Positions 11,156 through 25,360 are shown, counted from the first letter of the stretch. The stretch: 64,000 nucleotides of DNA from Syncephalis fuscata S228 (GCA_025786725.1 JAHLTZ010000023.1:384745-448744), one strand, 5' to 3'. A program made the numbers and translations. The notes: generated by a model not told the origin, from the letters alone.

Positions 11156-13552
11156 ATGCCGACACGCGATTTGCACAATGAAATAGGAGCATTTGTCGAT
11201 CTAGCTACAGCTCGTGTATTTATAATTCCTTATAATATTTATACATTGGTTATGCTGATGCTCATCTTTTACGCTATTGCTATTGTAACTTTCTACTTGC
11301 TAGCCATGGATGCGACGCTTTTTCTCGTACTAAGATTACGTGGATTTGTGGGTGCATTGCGTCCCGTGCCAAATGCGCGCGAAATGCAAGAAGAACGGGC
11401 CATACCAAGATGGCGACAGTTCTGGATGCGATTGGCCACTTGTTACACACAGGATATGATAATGCCTCGCTTAATAGAAAGCAATCATGGCAGTAATGAT
11501 GGTAGCAATGATAATAATAACCGTAATGGCAATAGTAGTGATAGTGATAGCAATGATAGCAATAACAATAGCAATGAAAGCAATAGCATTAGTAGTGATA
11601 GCATCCGTAGTATTCACATTAATAGCAATGACAATGAAAATGAAAATGATAAGTTTTATAGTGCTAACAGCAATAGCAATGATGATGGAGTTGGAAATAC
11701 AAATAGCAATCAACACACAAGATCAAATAGGACAATACATCAATTTAGTAGTGAAGATTGTATTGGACTGTGCAATTCACCTGGCCTACATAGTGGCCCA
11801 GGTGTTATCGAAGTGGCTACAGAAATGAAGCGTCAGCTTATATCTTCGGCCTCAGGAACTGGCTTTACACCAAGACCATCACCGCTTAGTCGCCGTTTAC
11901 AGTCCGATTATGAATGGCTTGCTTGGATATTAATAATCTCATCAATAGTTGCAATTGCTGGCATGCTAGCGCGTATTGTATATTATTTTAAACGAAACTC
12001 CAATTGTGAGTTTGGCCGTTACTGGATTACGGTCTGCCAAGGTGTATCTCATGCCGGTTTTATGACTATTGTTATTTGGCTACAACAGCACGGTTATGGC
12101 CAGTGGCCTGTTGTCTTCGTATTACAAATGCTTGCCGCTTCATTGACTGTTGTATCTGTGTCTATTATATCTATTCCATTGGATTCAAGCTTTAATATAG
12201 CTGGAATATGTTTATATCCTTCAACGGGCAATGTTTATCCACATTTGATAGGTGCCGGATTCATTTCTTTTTCGTTTCTAATGATACTGCGTGTAATCTG
12301 CGCACTTTGTCATTTACCGCCAGAATTAGAAAGCGACACGGATGATGATGATTTTAGAGTGACATGTCTACCAGGAACATTATCAACGTCAAAAGCACGC
12401 TTATTGATGACTCGGTTTTCTCCGTTTAGATATTATAAATATTTACTTAGAAAACATCGTCAACGACGCCACCGCCGTTTTCGACGTACTAATAGCTTTG
12501 GTGGAACTAGTATGTTGGATTCACAGCTAGAAGTTCCGCAACATGTAGCTAGCCCAAGAAATTTGCCACCAGTAGCACCGCCTCTATCCGATGGACACTC
12601 ATGGATATCTTCTACAAACATTAATCGTGCTCGTCGGTCTTCCTCCTATCCATATGAAGCAGGAAATTTATTTAATAATAGTTCCTTGCCTTCGGTATTT
12701 CCAAGAAGTACACTTGCAGGATCAGTTGAGAATCCAGTTCGATGGATTTCTGTAAAACCAAAATCTGTCCAAACAAGTCTAGGCACCATTTTACGCCATT
12801 TCATAAAGCACACTATTTTATTCAGTGATCTGGTAACGGCCATTTGCATGCTAGCAACCGGCATCACTTATAGCACTGATGTCTGGTTACATTTCACCAA
12901 CCTGCCAATTGTGATTACCTGTAAGTACTTTATAAACGTGACCGCCAATTTTAACACTGGCTTAAATACTTTATTAGGGATTGCAATTTGCTATGCCGCA
13001 CTTAATTCGTTTAGATATTGGCATCGACGCGACAAACGATTCGCTAGTTTATTGCCAATTCATAGACACGCCCAAGTATCAACGACAACTCAACGCACGC
13101 CGTCAAATACCATTAATCAGTTTCATTCATTATCCGAGGAAACGGGCGGCGAATATTCCCCAGACACGTCATCAACTCTTGAAGTGCCCATTGAACTAAA
13201 TGGACCGGTACCACCACCTCGTCAATTGATGACTCGTCTACAGACACCGTTATCAGCCATTGATGCAACCAATTTGAATAAACAACTACTTCACACTCCC
13301 ACTGGATCGCAACAACATGGCGTACCATTAGTGCAATCGCCGGCATTTTCTATTTTAACACTTGGTCGAGCCCGTCATTTACATAACGGCAGCAGCACAC
13401 CAGGCAATCTTAGTAGCCATACTACTTCCTACTGTAGTAGTAACAACGCTAGTGTAAATTCACGTGCAGACAATGGCTCGTCCATTGATGAACCTGAATC
13501 CGGCATGACCACCGTAGCCAATGATATGATTGGTTACGCGCGTAAAAAGTAA
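11156..13552 (+). CDS. Uncharacterised ~7-TM membrane protein with Asn/Ser-rich loop and Ser/Thr-rich tail (GPCR-like topology)
   Basis: Long ORF with about seven hydrophobic segments. A probable in-frame 57-nt intron at 12921-12977 (GTAAGT...TAG) is read through by the ORF track. Confidence 0.7.
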   Translation: MPTRDLHNEIGAFVDLATARVFIIPYNIYTLVMLMLIFYAIAIVTFYLLAMDATLFLVLRLRGFVGALRPVPNAREMQEERAIPRWRQFWMRLATCYTQDMIMPRLIESNHGSNDGSNDNNNRNGNSSDSDSNDSNNNSNESNSISSDSIRSIHINSNDNENENDKFYSANSNSNDDGVGNTNSNQHTRSNRTIHQFSSEDCIGLCNSPGLHSGPGVIEVATEMKRQLISSASGTGFTPRPSPLSRRLQSDYEWLAWILIISSIVAIAGMLARIVYYFKRNSNCEFGRYWITVCQGVSHAGFMTIVIWLQQHGYGQWPVVFVLQMLAASLTVVSVSIISIPLDSSFNIAGICLYPSTGNVYPHLIGAGFISFSFLMILRVICALCHLPPELESDTDDDDFRVTCLPGTLSTSKARLLMTRFSPFRYYKYLLRKHRQRRHRRFRRTNSFGGTSMLDSQLEVPQHVASPRNLPPVAPPLSDGHSWISSTNINRARRSSSYPYEAGNLFNNSSLPSVFPRSTLAGSVENPVRWISVKPKSVQTSLGTILRHFIKHTILFSDLVTAICMLATGITYSTDVWLHFTNLPIVITCKYFINVTANFNTGLNTLLGIAICYAALNSFRYWHRRDKRFASLLPIHRHAQVSTTTQRTPSNTINQFHSLSEETGGEYSPDTSSTLEVPIELNGPVPPPRQLMTRLQTPLSAIDATNLNKQLLHTPTGSQQHGVPLVQSPAFSILTLGRARHLHNGSSTPGNLSSHTTSYCSSNNASVNSRADNGSSIDEPESGMTTVANDMIGYARKK

Positions 13553-13710
13553 GTCTTTGTGCACAATATTGCCAATGGAGTCTTTATCGCTACACATATC
13601 CATTGTGATCATGTGAAGTCGTAGATTCATGTGGCGCAACACATGTAGAACAGTTTAAATAAAGCAATAGGCGTGCCGCCTTGTTTCTTTTATTAAATTA
13701 TTGCCACGCT

Positions 13711-16700
13711 ATGTATCTACTATTCCACGACAGTGATTTTCCCGGCTATTTGCCGCAGTTTGATATAAAAAGCATTTTTAAAGAAGCCGAAGGCAAGACT
13801 GTATCAGCTAAAACATTACCAGAGCAACTGGATGCCTTAGCTAAAGGGCAAGAGTGTGTACTAATATCATTTCATGGGGCGTATTTTCCCTGTGCAGCTT
13901 GGCCGTCTATATTACGCTTCCTACAACGCGGTGGCAATCTTATTGCCGCTGGTGGGCCTGTATTTTCGCGTCCTGTTCATTGGGAGTCGAAAGATGGGGG
14001 ATACTGGGAAATAGAACCAGAGACATGGATCTACTGTAGTCAATTGCGTCTAGGCCCATTTGTGCCGATTGATCTAAAGACAGCAGCCTACGAGGAGCAC
14101 TCAGAACAAAATGAAACAGCAACATCAGTTGAATTTATACTAAAATCTACCAAGCGTGCACACTTTTTGTCACAAGAAATTAAATCATTAGGCGGTCATA
14201 CTTTATTGCCAGTTGAAAAGAAAACTGACCAATTCTGGTCACCAACACCACGACTGTCCGAGACAAATGTCTATGACGGCGAGGAAGGCAGTACCGGAGC
14301 AATGGACACGGTAATAATGCCATTAGTTACCGTGCATCCTGTTTGGAACAAAGATAATCCTTCAGGCCAGCGAGTGGCTACACCATTGCTGCTGTTGGAC
14401 CAGCTTACTGGATCATTTCGTGGTGGCCGCTGGCTAATTATACCTTGGTCAAGAGATACGTCTGATACAACGGCCTATCAGCATTATTTGCATCTAATTG
14501 GCTGCTGTTTCCCTTTGGTAGCTGTCGGCAGTAGAACCATTGATGTCAGAGCAGCCCTTAGCTGCTATCGTATTCACGAACGGCCAAGTATCAAAATTTT
14601 GTGGCAACGACCATTAAATGAGCTTTCTACTCGACTGCCAAAATCTGGGGAGAAATGGTGTATTCGTTTAACGATAAAGGCACCCGGTAAACGATTTAAA
14701 GAGATATTCGACTTGACAGTGCCATTGAATAAAGACGATTCAGGTGTCTACGATCATTCACTGCCATTTGAGGTCGACATCTACGGCCTGTATACCATCA
14801 CTGCCATTTATAGCACTACCACATTGCCTGATAAAAAGCTTTATCAATCTGGTGGATTTGTTACATGGAATGCTGACATGGCTACATCGTGTTCAAAAAT
14901 ACGTCCAGGTAGTCATTTATTTTTAATAGATAATCAAGATGGTGAATCCACAGAGAAGCCATGGTTTATGTTTGGCACTACTTATATGGATTCACGGGTC
15001 CAGCGGCACTTTCTTCATATGCCAAATCCACTACGCTGGAGTCGCGATCTAAGTAAGATGCGCGCTTGTGGTATCAATACCATTCGGACTGGTTTATGGT
15101 GCGGCTGGCGTGACTGGGGCATTAACGAGAAGACAAAGACAATATCGCCATCAACAGAATTATTACGCGCTCTAGATGCTTTTATTATGATTGTAAGTCG
15201 TCACAAACTACAAATCATTTTTAATATATTTGCTTTTACACCGGTACCGGCTGGCCAACATCCATATCTTGACCCTAAAAGTATAGACATTCAAAAAAAG
15301 TTTGTTACTTATCTTGCAAAACTCTACGCTGACTTTCCCTGGTTCACTGGGATTTAATTAATGAGCCGAGTTTCGGAAGTCCACAGCGTTTATGGGCAGG
15401 TCGTGCTCGTCCCAATGGTGATGTATACGAGAAAAAAGCGTTCAGCGACTGGATGGAGCAGCAGTATCAATCGCTGGACCGTGTACGTACACGATGGCAA
15501 CTTGTCTATCCCGAACCAAGTAGTTGGGCGCAGATTGGTGCACCGATTGAAGCTGATTATAGTGATACGGTGGGCAATACTAGTTTCCGTCGGATGTTAC
15601 GAGCAGCCGATTTTACACGGGCCTCACAACATTGGTTTTATGATTGGGCATCTACACTTGCCACAGCAATACGTGAGACCGGCTGCAAAGGTATGGTGAC
15701 TGTTGGTCAAGATGAAGGAGCCATTCGGCCATTGCCACTTTATCATAGCAAAGCGGTCGATTTTACAGCTACCCATCCTTGGTGGAATAATAGCGACATT
15801 CTATGGGACTATTTAATGGCCAGAACACCGGGTAAACCGGCCGTTGCCGAAGAAGTCGGTGTTATGCTGGCCCGCGACATTAGAGGACGTTCATTTCGAA
15901 CTGAAATGGGCAATTCTCTATTGCTTAAACGCAAACTTTATTTGTCACTATGTCTAGGCGGTATGATTCAATGGCTTTGGCATACCAATGCTTATATGAC
16001 AAGCGATAATGAGTGCCAAATCGGCATGCTACGTGCAGATGGTAGTCAAAAACCAGAGCTTTTGATTTATTTAGAATTTAGCGACTTAATAGAAAAAATA
16101 CACAATCGTTGGCTAGATAATATGCCTGAATCTCCAATAGGACCAAGGCCAAAAACACCCGTATCGCCAATTGCTAATGCTAGCTGTGATAGCAGCGTGT
16201 CTAGCACTAATAGCGAGGAGAGTACAGAGCCTAAAGCCACTACAGTATGGCTAGTAGTACTGGATCACCAATGGTTTGCGCGACCTGATCTTACTAATAA
16301 TGCCACTAAAATGGCTGTACGTGTACTAAGTAGCCGATTCAGTGTCCTTCCTCAGCTAGTAACAGAGGAAATGATTGGCCAATTGGCCACGTACACTGAT
16401 GTGGATGATGCTACATGGCCAGCATCGTTATTACCTCGGCCACAAATAGTTATTGTACCTAGCGCACAATTCCTAAGTGATGCAGCTTTTGCCGGATTAA
16501 AATGGCTTACTGCACGTCAAATACGTGTTCATGTTAGCGGTATCATTGAACGTAACGAGGATGATCTGCCAGCATTGTCGCGATTAAAACATTTCGGTAT
16601 AGGCTTAGCGGATTCACAGCCATCGTCGATTCAACCGGTAAATCGATACGAAATGGTAATTCCGCTACAGACACAGGCACAATTTGGCAATGAATCTATT

Positions 16701-17105
16701 GAATTTATACGCAAGTCAACATTGCCCCCTATTAATCGTCTTTTACTTAAAAATTATTTCAGCTGGTCAGGCATTCCAGTTGAATTGAATGATCAACCAG
16801 ATGCAGTAACCGCACTTTATGCACAAGTATTTGAAAAGGCACCACGTAAAGAATACGGTCTTATTGTGTTCAAGCGTTTATTATCTCATGGTCACTTGGT
16901 CGTATTAACTAACGAGTCATCTCGACCCATCACTTATACACTTAATCTGAAAGTAACCAATGGCCATACACAGCATCTGCTTTTCCCTTTGGTAATAGCC
17001 AGTCAAGAATCGGGCGCTATTCTAGTTATTCACGATAGTGTTAACACAGAAACTAAGGAAAATGGAGCCTTTTTATTTGGTGGCGTTAAACATCAAAAAA
17101 AGTAA
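13711..17105 (+). CDS. Bacterial-type clan GH-A glycoside hydrolase (GH42/GH5-like, beta-galactosidase-like), ~1130 aa, split by one apparent frameshift
   Basis: GINTIRTGLW motif. Restoring one T at ~15347 gives WDLINEPSF (acid/base NEP). EEVG is the nucleophile-like motif; the C-terminal IVIVPSAQFLSD segment resembles the GH42 trimerisation domain. Intronless, no signal peptide. Confidence 0.8.
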
Positions 17106-17198
17106 AATCTTATTATTATTATTATTATTGTAATAAAACAAAATACAAGTTTATCGGCTTATGCAACAGCCTAGAAATTTACTGCTTAGACTACGCAC

Positions 17199-20100
17199 TT
17201 ATGATGCAGGCTCCATATAATGACCATTCATAAGAATAGAGGCACCGTTGTTATTACCATTGTAATTGGACCGCCAAATACCATTGGCATTGGCACCGGG
17301 TGGCGAGGTAAGATAAGAAGGCCATTCATCGGCAGTACCGGCCAGTGTCGGGGCTATAGCGCCATGAGCCGTATTATTACCACTATTGCCATTGCTATTA
17401 CTATTGTTAGTCGTAGTCGTAGTAGCAGTGGTAGCAGCAGTAATAGATGAACCATAGATAGATGCTGCCGTTGGAGTGGCTGACATAGCCATGATAGCAT
17501 GAGATAATGCACTACCTGGTGCAATAGTCTCTGGCTCAAATCTAGTTAATAATAAATCAGGATGAATTGGGTGCTGTCGAAATGCAAACTGTCCACGAGA
17601 AATATCATTAAGTGTAGCCGATGTCACATCGTTTGTATGTTGTTGTGGCTGACAATAAGTACAAGCTTGATATAGATCTCGTTGACCACACTGAAATCCC
17701 GGAAACATTTCAAGATAAGTGGCATAGAGTGCACCAAATGGCAGGTAATCCATTCGCATACCTGTTTGATAAGCATTCTTTGTCTCTAACTTAAAATAAG
17801 CAGCAATAGCTCGTTCTCGAATAGCCAAATAAACGTTCTATTAACAAATTATTAACCTTATTAATTAATAAATATTTTAATTATTGTAGTATACTTACAG
17901 TATTTGCATTGAATGAGCCCATCTGTCCTACAGCAGGATGCATGACTGGCACATTCAATATTGTATTACTACTACTACTACTACTGCCACCACCACTATT
18001 GCTATTGCTATTGTTACTATTACTAATGTTACTAATGTTACTATTCACTGATGCAGGTAATGCTGTTGCAACACTAGATGTATGTGGAATAGACATGGCC
18101 GGTGGCCAATTAGTATGCTGATCATGTTGATTATGATATAGACTCGATGGACCCATAGGCGGTGTTAGTGTCGACTGTAGCGGGACGCTGGGCATAAATG
18201 GATCAAATGATGTGGTCATACTATTCGCTGAGTTGCCTTGATTATAGCTACTTAGCCGATTGGTAACTTCATTACTAAAAGAATGACGTCGACCACGCGT
18301 CTGTGTCTCATCTATAGTAATAAGTAAATCGGTTAATTAATATTACAATAAACAAGTTAATAATATTTACCTCGACTACTAACAAACAATGCTGTAGAAA
18401 ATAGAGAGTGACCTGTAGCCATAGGTGGCGGTGTAGATGCTGTTGCCGATAGATTATCAACACCCTTTAGTGGGGTTATTGTTGATGTAGTAGCAGTAGC
18501 AGTACCTATTGCACTAGAAGATGCAGCCGAAGCACGACGAGTTATCGTTTGTTCAGACTGACTTCGTTGTTGTTCAACCAATGTCATATTGCTAGTGATA
18601 GGTGAACGTACTTCAGGCACACAAGGTGAAGTAGCGTCAGATAATCCTATGCTACGTGATACACCACTACCAATTACACCAACTCTACGAATATCCGGTA
18701 CAGGTGATGGTGCCCGTGGATGAATAGGAGAAGTAATGGCTGCAGGAAGTATACCCATACCTAAATTAACCGGGAATATAGAGCGTTGATCATGATGAGT
18801 CTCATGTATCGCAGATTGATTAGATATGGAGGATGGTAGTGGAACAGAAATGGGTCCATTTTGACTTAGTAATGATGGGAAATGCTGTTGTTGTTGTTGA
18901 TGTTGTTGTTGTTGATGATGATGATGATGTGATATAATAGGTGAATTGGCTACTAAGGATACTGAATGAGGATGCAGTGGTGTAAAAGGTGTTGATGGTA
19001 GTGGTGGCCCTAATGGACTGGCTATTGAAGATATAGTATGACCTCTTATAGGCAACGTATTTAAATTGTGTGTTGTAACATTGGTAGAAATAGGTAATGG
19101 CAATGAAGATACTATAGGTAGTATAGGATTATTAGATACAGGCAATACAGTGCACACATCTAATGTTGTTGTAGTAGCTACTGATGTAGCTATTGTCTTG
19201 TGAGTTATCAAGGCTGGAGACGATAGATTAGTTGTAGCTGTAGTGTTTACACAAGTATTAAATATAGTGGGTGCACCTATTGATTTAGACTCTGTTGTAT
19301 CAATATGTTTTGACGGTGAAGACTGAATAGATGATTTAGATGGTGAAGATTGAGCAGATGGTTTTGGTGATATGTTATGTGTATCAATTGATGTAGCTAC
19401 ATTAGCATTTATAGAACGTAAAGTTGTAGTAGTTGTATTGATGGGTTTTATCGGTAAAACTACAGATTTACGCTGTTTACGAGATTGTGTATTTGTTGTA
19501 TTTGTCGCATTTGTTTGTGCATCTTTAATTTGGCGTTCTTTTTTAGGTTGATCTTTTTTCACTCGTTCCTCTTGCTCCTTTTTTAACTGCTCTTCCCGTT
19601 CTTTCTTCAACTGTTTCTCTTGTTCCTTCTTCAACTGCTCCTCTTGTTCTTTCTTTAGCTGCTTTTCTCGCTCTTTATCCTGTCTTCGCTTCTCTTCTTC
19701 TTTACGTCGCCTTTCTTCTTCTCGTGCCCGTTTCTCTTCTTCTCGTTTCTGTCGTTCTTGTTCCTGTCGTTTCTTTTCCTCTTCTTTACGACGTTGTTCT
19801 TCTTTACAACGTTGTTCATCCTCAGCGCGTTTCTTTGCTTCTTGTTGCAAACGTTCCTCTTCACGTTGTTGTTTTAACTGTCGTTTGCGATCTTTTTTAC
19901 GCTCCTTATCTCGCTGTTTCTTTTGTTCCTTTTCCTGTTTTTGTCGTTCTTCCTCTTCAATCTCTTGTAACAACTGCTCTTGACGTTCTCGTGCCACCTA
20001 ACAGTCATTAAATCATAAATCATTGCTATAATAGTTATTGTTAATATTATAATTACTATATACCTTTTCACGATATGCAGTCAAAACGCGTTGTTCAAAA

Positions 20101-22042
20101 AGCCGTGCTGCAAATGTTTGAAACATCTTACGACCTTCTTCCATTCTTTGCTCTTCTGTCAGTGGATCCTAATATTATAATCAATATTAGATTGTTATTA
20201 TTAATGCCGCCTTACTTACTTCATCTAGATCTTCATCTTCATACTCTTCATCGTCATACTCTTCATCATCATCATCGTCATAATCTTCTTGGTCATAGGC
20301 TACGTCATCTTCCTGTCGAAGTCGTCGCTCTGCCAATCGTTCCATCATATCAAGAAACTTTTTACCATCATTCTGAAGTAAATCATCAGCTACTGTCAAA
20401 ATACCCCCTGTAATAATAAATTATATTAATATTATTAATTAATGTGTAATCAATGTCTTAATATTAATAACTTACCTTTAACGGTTAAACTACTTCCAAA
20501 ATTAAAATACGAACTTCTTACATCAGCTATTCGACCTCGCTGATTTGTATCATGATCATGTTGATCTTTGATTTCATACCGACAATTACTATCATAATCT
20601 TCGTCGTCATCGTCGTCATCGTCGTCGTCATCTTCATTACTATTATCATCATCTTCATCGCCTACTTCTACATTTACTGAGCCAATATTGGAGCCTTCAT
20701 CGACATCATGTTGTACATAATATGCAAATAATGCTTCATCATCAACTTGTATGTAATCTGTGCTGATGGATTGATTTCCATGAATAATAGATGCTGATGT
20801 AGGTGTATTAATACAGTTTGCCGATAACTCGTTATTCGATAATTTATCTATTATCGTCTGATTCATTGTGGAAGACTGTCGTTTAGTATGAGCTATATTT
20901 GTAGTAGATGTACGCGTATGTCGATTCATATGTTCATCATCTGATAATGTATCATTTATCATATGTTCACTTGTTAATTGTTGCTGTTGCTGTTGCTGTT
21001 GCTGCTGTTGTTGCTGCTGTTGTTGATTGGCATATTGTTCAAGCTCTTCATAATAAGCATCATATAATATTTCCAATTCTTCTTCAATAGCAGTCCGTTT
21101 CCTACCACAAAATGAACATGAACAATTACGTTTTTGCTGTTCTTTAAGCTTTTGTAGTACTGCTTCTTTCTCTACTTTGACCAAAGCGCGTCGATCTTCT
21201 TCGCCTAACTGTAACCAAAACTCGCGAATCTTTTGTCGATTATCATATGTATCATTACTCCACAAATCATAGTCATAGTGCGAGTCATATGCCTGTACTC
21301 TATATTGATAGCGTCCATCGTGGAATCGCTCGTACAATTCTACATGCTGTGTGGCGTCATCAATGTCATCGTCATCACCACCGTCATTGCCATTGCCATC
21401 TTTCATCATTGACATCTTTCCTTTACGATGTTTCTTCTTCTTCTTCTTACCACTGGATGTTGAATTGGTATTTACTAGTGGTGGAGGTGTCGATATTGCC
21501 GGTACAGCTTGTGGCTCTAATGATGTATGGCCATGAGTATGGGTGCAGCATTCATGGTGTCCATAATTGGCCGATGCACTGTTTGACATCTCCTGAGGCT
21601 GGTTACGTCTTCTTTGTCGTCGACGGGCACCGGCCACTTTAACACTGCTGTTATAGCCATTGATGCTGGTACCAACACCGCCCGAAGATCCACTGGATGC
21701 CGACCATTCTGACTCGCTACCTTTGGTAGATAGCTTAGTTTCATGATATTGTTTGATTGGGCCTAAAGGTTTAGATCGTCGATCTAGACGAGATGCTGAA
21801 CTATCTGCTGTTGCGTCCAGCGCAGCACTGGCACTATGGCCACTACCGTTTGTATCCATCTCGGTCTTTTTAAGAATATTCATCGACTTTGTTCCATTTT
21901 TGTTGTAAATTACTGTTCGTTCCATTGTATCCTTCAACGACGCTTGATCAGATTGTTCAATCGAGCGCGAAGGAGGCTGTTTAACGATACGTGCCGGTGG
22001 CGGTAAGGCTTCCTCTGCCGGAAAACCGCGCCGAGTAGTCAT
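17199..22042 (-). CDS. NST1: Stress response protein Nst1, multi-exon
   Basis: [64 protein letters not shown]; [11 protein letters not shown]|[28 protein letters not shown]; [26 protein letters not shown]; followed by a charged coiled coil. Confidence 0.95.
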
Positions 22043-22907
22043 TCCAAAATCACTCTAACTAATAATTATCAATAGCAGCAATGGTAATAACATTAGTTAA
22101 TTAGTATATGGAATTTAAATGAAGCTGTTCTTCAATACAATAAACGTATATTCAGTATCAGTTTTCTTTTAAGCAAGTCTAGTTGGATGAAACATCTATT
22201 GGTTGACCGCGCTTGATATCACAATTTCTACACAACAATACCAAGATACAGTTGATATAACAATACGTAACGACGATAACAACAACAACATCAGACCCAA
22301 GCTGTGCAAACAACGAGAAAGGGGCCAGTATTTACAAACACATTCCTGTCGTCGTTGTCATTCTAATTGCTTAGGGGCAGCGAAGGAGCATATTGATACA
22401 AATCAGCCAGTTAAAGCCTATAGATAGGCCGTAAACACCGTTATAGACCCGCTACTATCCGCTCAATATATCTCGGGCCGGTCTCAAAGCGTTATACTTA
22501 CCGTGTGTAATCGCCAATGTAACTCCTATTGATATTAATAAGAATGAACTACAAAATGCCGCAATTTAGATTGTACGTGAAATATAGATTCAAAAACGAA
22601 TAACACGGACTCCTATGGCTGTTGTTCTTCAAGCTAATAGCGAGTGTAGTAAATGTAAGGCACCGACAAAAGGAATTCAGGCTGCTAATGCCAAACTATG
22701 ATCAAGTAAGAAAGTTTGCTGTAACAAGCGGAACAATCCGTCAAACTAGAATTCAAGCGTAATAAGCTGATAATTGCGCAATGCCTACTGGGTGGGTTTA
22801 AAGAGTGATACAGGCAGGTGAACACACAGGCAGTACTAAGATGTTGCGGTGACAACGATGAAAAGAAGAAGAAAAGAATGCCAACGGTCAATAATGGCAC
22901 AATAGAA

Positions 22908-22936
22908 AGTGAGTGAGTGAGTGAGTGAGTGAGTGA
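22908..22936. repeat. (GTGA)n microsatellite upstream of NST1
   Basis: About 7 perfect units, read directly. Confidence 0.9.
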
Positions 22937-25360
22937 AGGGAGGACGGTCGTGTGAATGTGCAATAATAAAAGTGGATAGCATCAGTGTCTCTTTGTCTAT
23001 GGATGAATAATAGACAACGTTATTGATCAAGTGTACACAACTATTACAATGTCAACCTGGCATGATGTCTATCTTACAACTGGACAAATACTGTATTAAA
23101 ACTATATTAATGGTAAATAGGAGTGTTTTCTATTGATGTTGACGGTATTATATAACAGGTTGACATCGATCAGTTTCATCACAGTTTTATAGAAATCAAT
23201 TTAGTACTGCCGCTATAATAAATACTTGTTAAAATTCACATGCCATTACTTTATTCGTTGTTGATAATAATAAAACGGTATCTATTAATGGTTATGTATA
23301 ATATACCTAGTTCTGCTACTAGATGTCATGTGGGATTCCTTTACTTTTACTAAATAGTTCATCGGTATTATCATGGAGCTTGGACAGCTAGTTTGCCGAG
23401 TGTATCATAACTGTTATATGACTTTGAGCGACGGATTTTGCTAATTTTGTCATCTGTAGATATTCAAAACAAAAAAGCTGTTTTATATAAATAGCTCGTA
23501 ATAACCACTGACTAAATCTATTAAAATACTATACAATGTTTCATCCGCATCATTCAATACTAACAATCGGCAATAATATTGCCTGTGTTTAATGGTTTTC
23601 AAGCCAAATATAGTGTTACTTGCGTGTATATGTGCATGATGTATTTTATTGTTTATATTTCTAAAAGCAACTGCTTTTGTCAAAGTCTCAATTAATTACT
23701 ATGCATTGGCACAAGTATAGAAATAAAAGCTATTATTGCATTTAAATCCAATTTATTGCTCATATATCAGAAAATCAACTACCAAATGTCCCCCGCGTGT
23801 TACGGAAACCTCGGCGTACTTTTTCTAACTCAGTGTTGCAGTTTCTCCTTTTCATATAAACTGAAAATTCGATCAACAATATATTATAGATGATGCGTAT
23901 CATATTTAATGCATTGTGCCATGGATATTGTTCTCATTTAAACAACACCCTATTGAATTGGCGTTGTCTTGTGTATCATTTAAAATTGATTGGATGACTA
24001 AATATCCGCAACAATAGTTAGGTAGTTTTGAATTATTGCAAAACGAAACGACCATTCCAACGGCTCTGGTTTATCTGTTCATACTATCCCTTCAGCGCCT
24101 GTGTTCGCAAGCAAGTGATGGGTAACTGACTACGATTGACGCCCCTGCTATGGCACTCATCGCTGCCTCCTGATCCACATATGCAGATTAACCGTATAAG
24201 TGCCTTGGCCGCTACAAGAAAGGTTATTAACCCACCCATACTATTCTATATTTATCAAAAAGGGAGGTTTTTATTATCCAATTTTAGTATAGTTTGCTAT
24301 TTATTGTTAAAATATACGCCTCTAAACCTTCCCGGTATACAAACCGGTTTTATTATAAAAAGACAGTATAGTTTGAGTAAAGTTCTATGAAGGTACTAGT
24401 TATGCTTAGATTTTTGATAATGGGATATATAAAAACAGGCGAGCCAAGTCCATGATTTAAATCTGTCAAGTCGATGGCTAGTAACTTAGTCAAGTGCATA
24501 TTGCAAAGTCAATGATCACCAATGACACAGTTACTTGAACTGACTAATGTAGAAATCCTTGTATACGCCGTAACTACTACTGTAGTTCAAAGTTGGTCTA
24601 TATCGACTTTGAAAAAGCCTTGTTTATGGTTAACAAGTTCTTGTAGACAAATAACTGGGCTTTGGCGTGATGTTTGGCTTGGTTCACTGCCACCACGTTT
24701 CAAGCTCCGGCCGATTAACTCGGTTTACCGCGTTGTTAATACTATGCGCTCTCTGTCTTTTGCATATTCTAATACTGAGCGCAAATTACCAGTTATTAAG
24801 TATCTGGTTTTTTAATTCCAAATACAGAAATATAATGCGGTGCCACCGCGGGTTAAAAATATGCCAATTTGGGCGAGTAGCGTCTATTTTTAAATTAGTT
24901 TTGTGACAAACAACAAATGTTTATGATCATTCCATTAAACTACGCTATGCCACTGTACACTTGATACTGAAACCTGTTTGTTTTATCATCCTTCTATCGA
25001 AGGGCGGCATCGTTTCTTTGTACCATCGGCTACATTGCGTTCAAACTCTCCCCATATTTCTTCATCTATTTTGGTAAACTGGCCAGGTATTTCAGCCACT
25101 AGTCCCTGCGTAGTGGTACGGTTACTTTAGTGGCCATTTTTATGTTTATTTAAACTGTACTATATACAATGTTAAAAAAGACTGGTCGAACAGTGAGGCA
25201 CAACCCATCTTTTTTGGCAAAATTTAGCAAAATAGCAAAGCGCTATTTTTGAATTAGCATCCCAAGCTCTAGCTCGCGTTCTTTACTATGCAATGTAACA
25301 AGGGTGATGGTAAAGAATCATTTTACCACTGGTGTCGAAGATGAAACTTTGGTAGGAGAA

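Noticed and set aside
11471-11828. Hydrophobic Ile/Ala/Met-rich ORFs overlapping the 7-TM gene (similar ones at 17909-18121 and 19724-20011)
   Set aside because: Alternative-frame or antisense shadows of trinucleotide repeats in real genes.
15340-15460. Two-gene operon or programmed frameshift in the glycoside hydrolase
   Set aside because: The break falls inside the WDLINEP motif and is repaired by one base; there is no slippery heptamer; the same error pattern occurs across the window.
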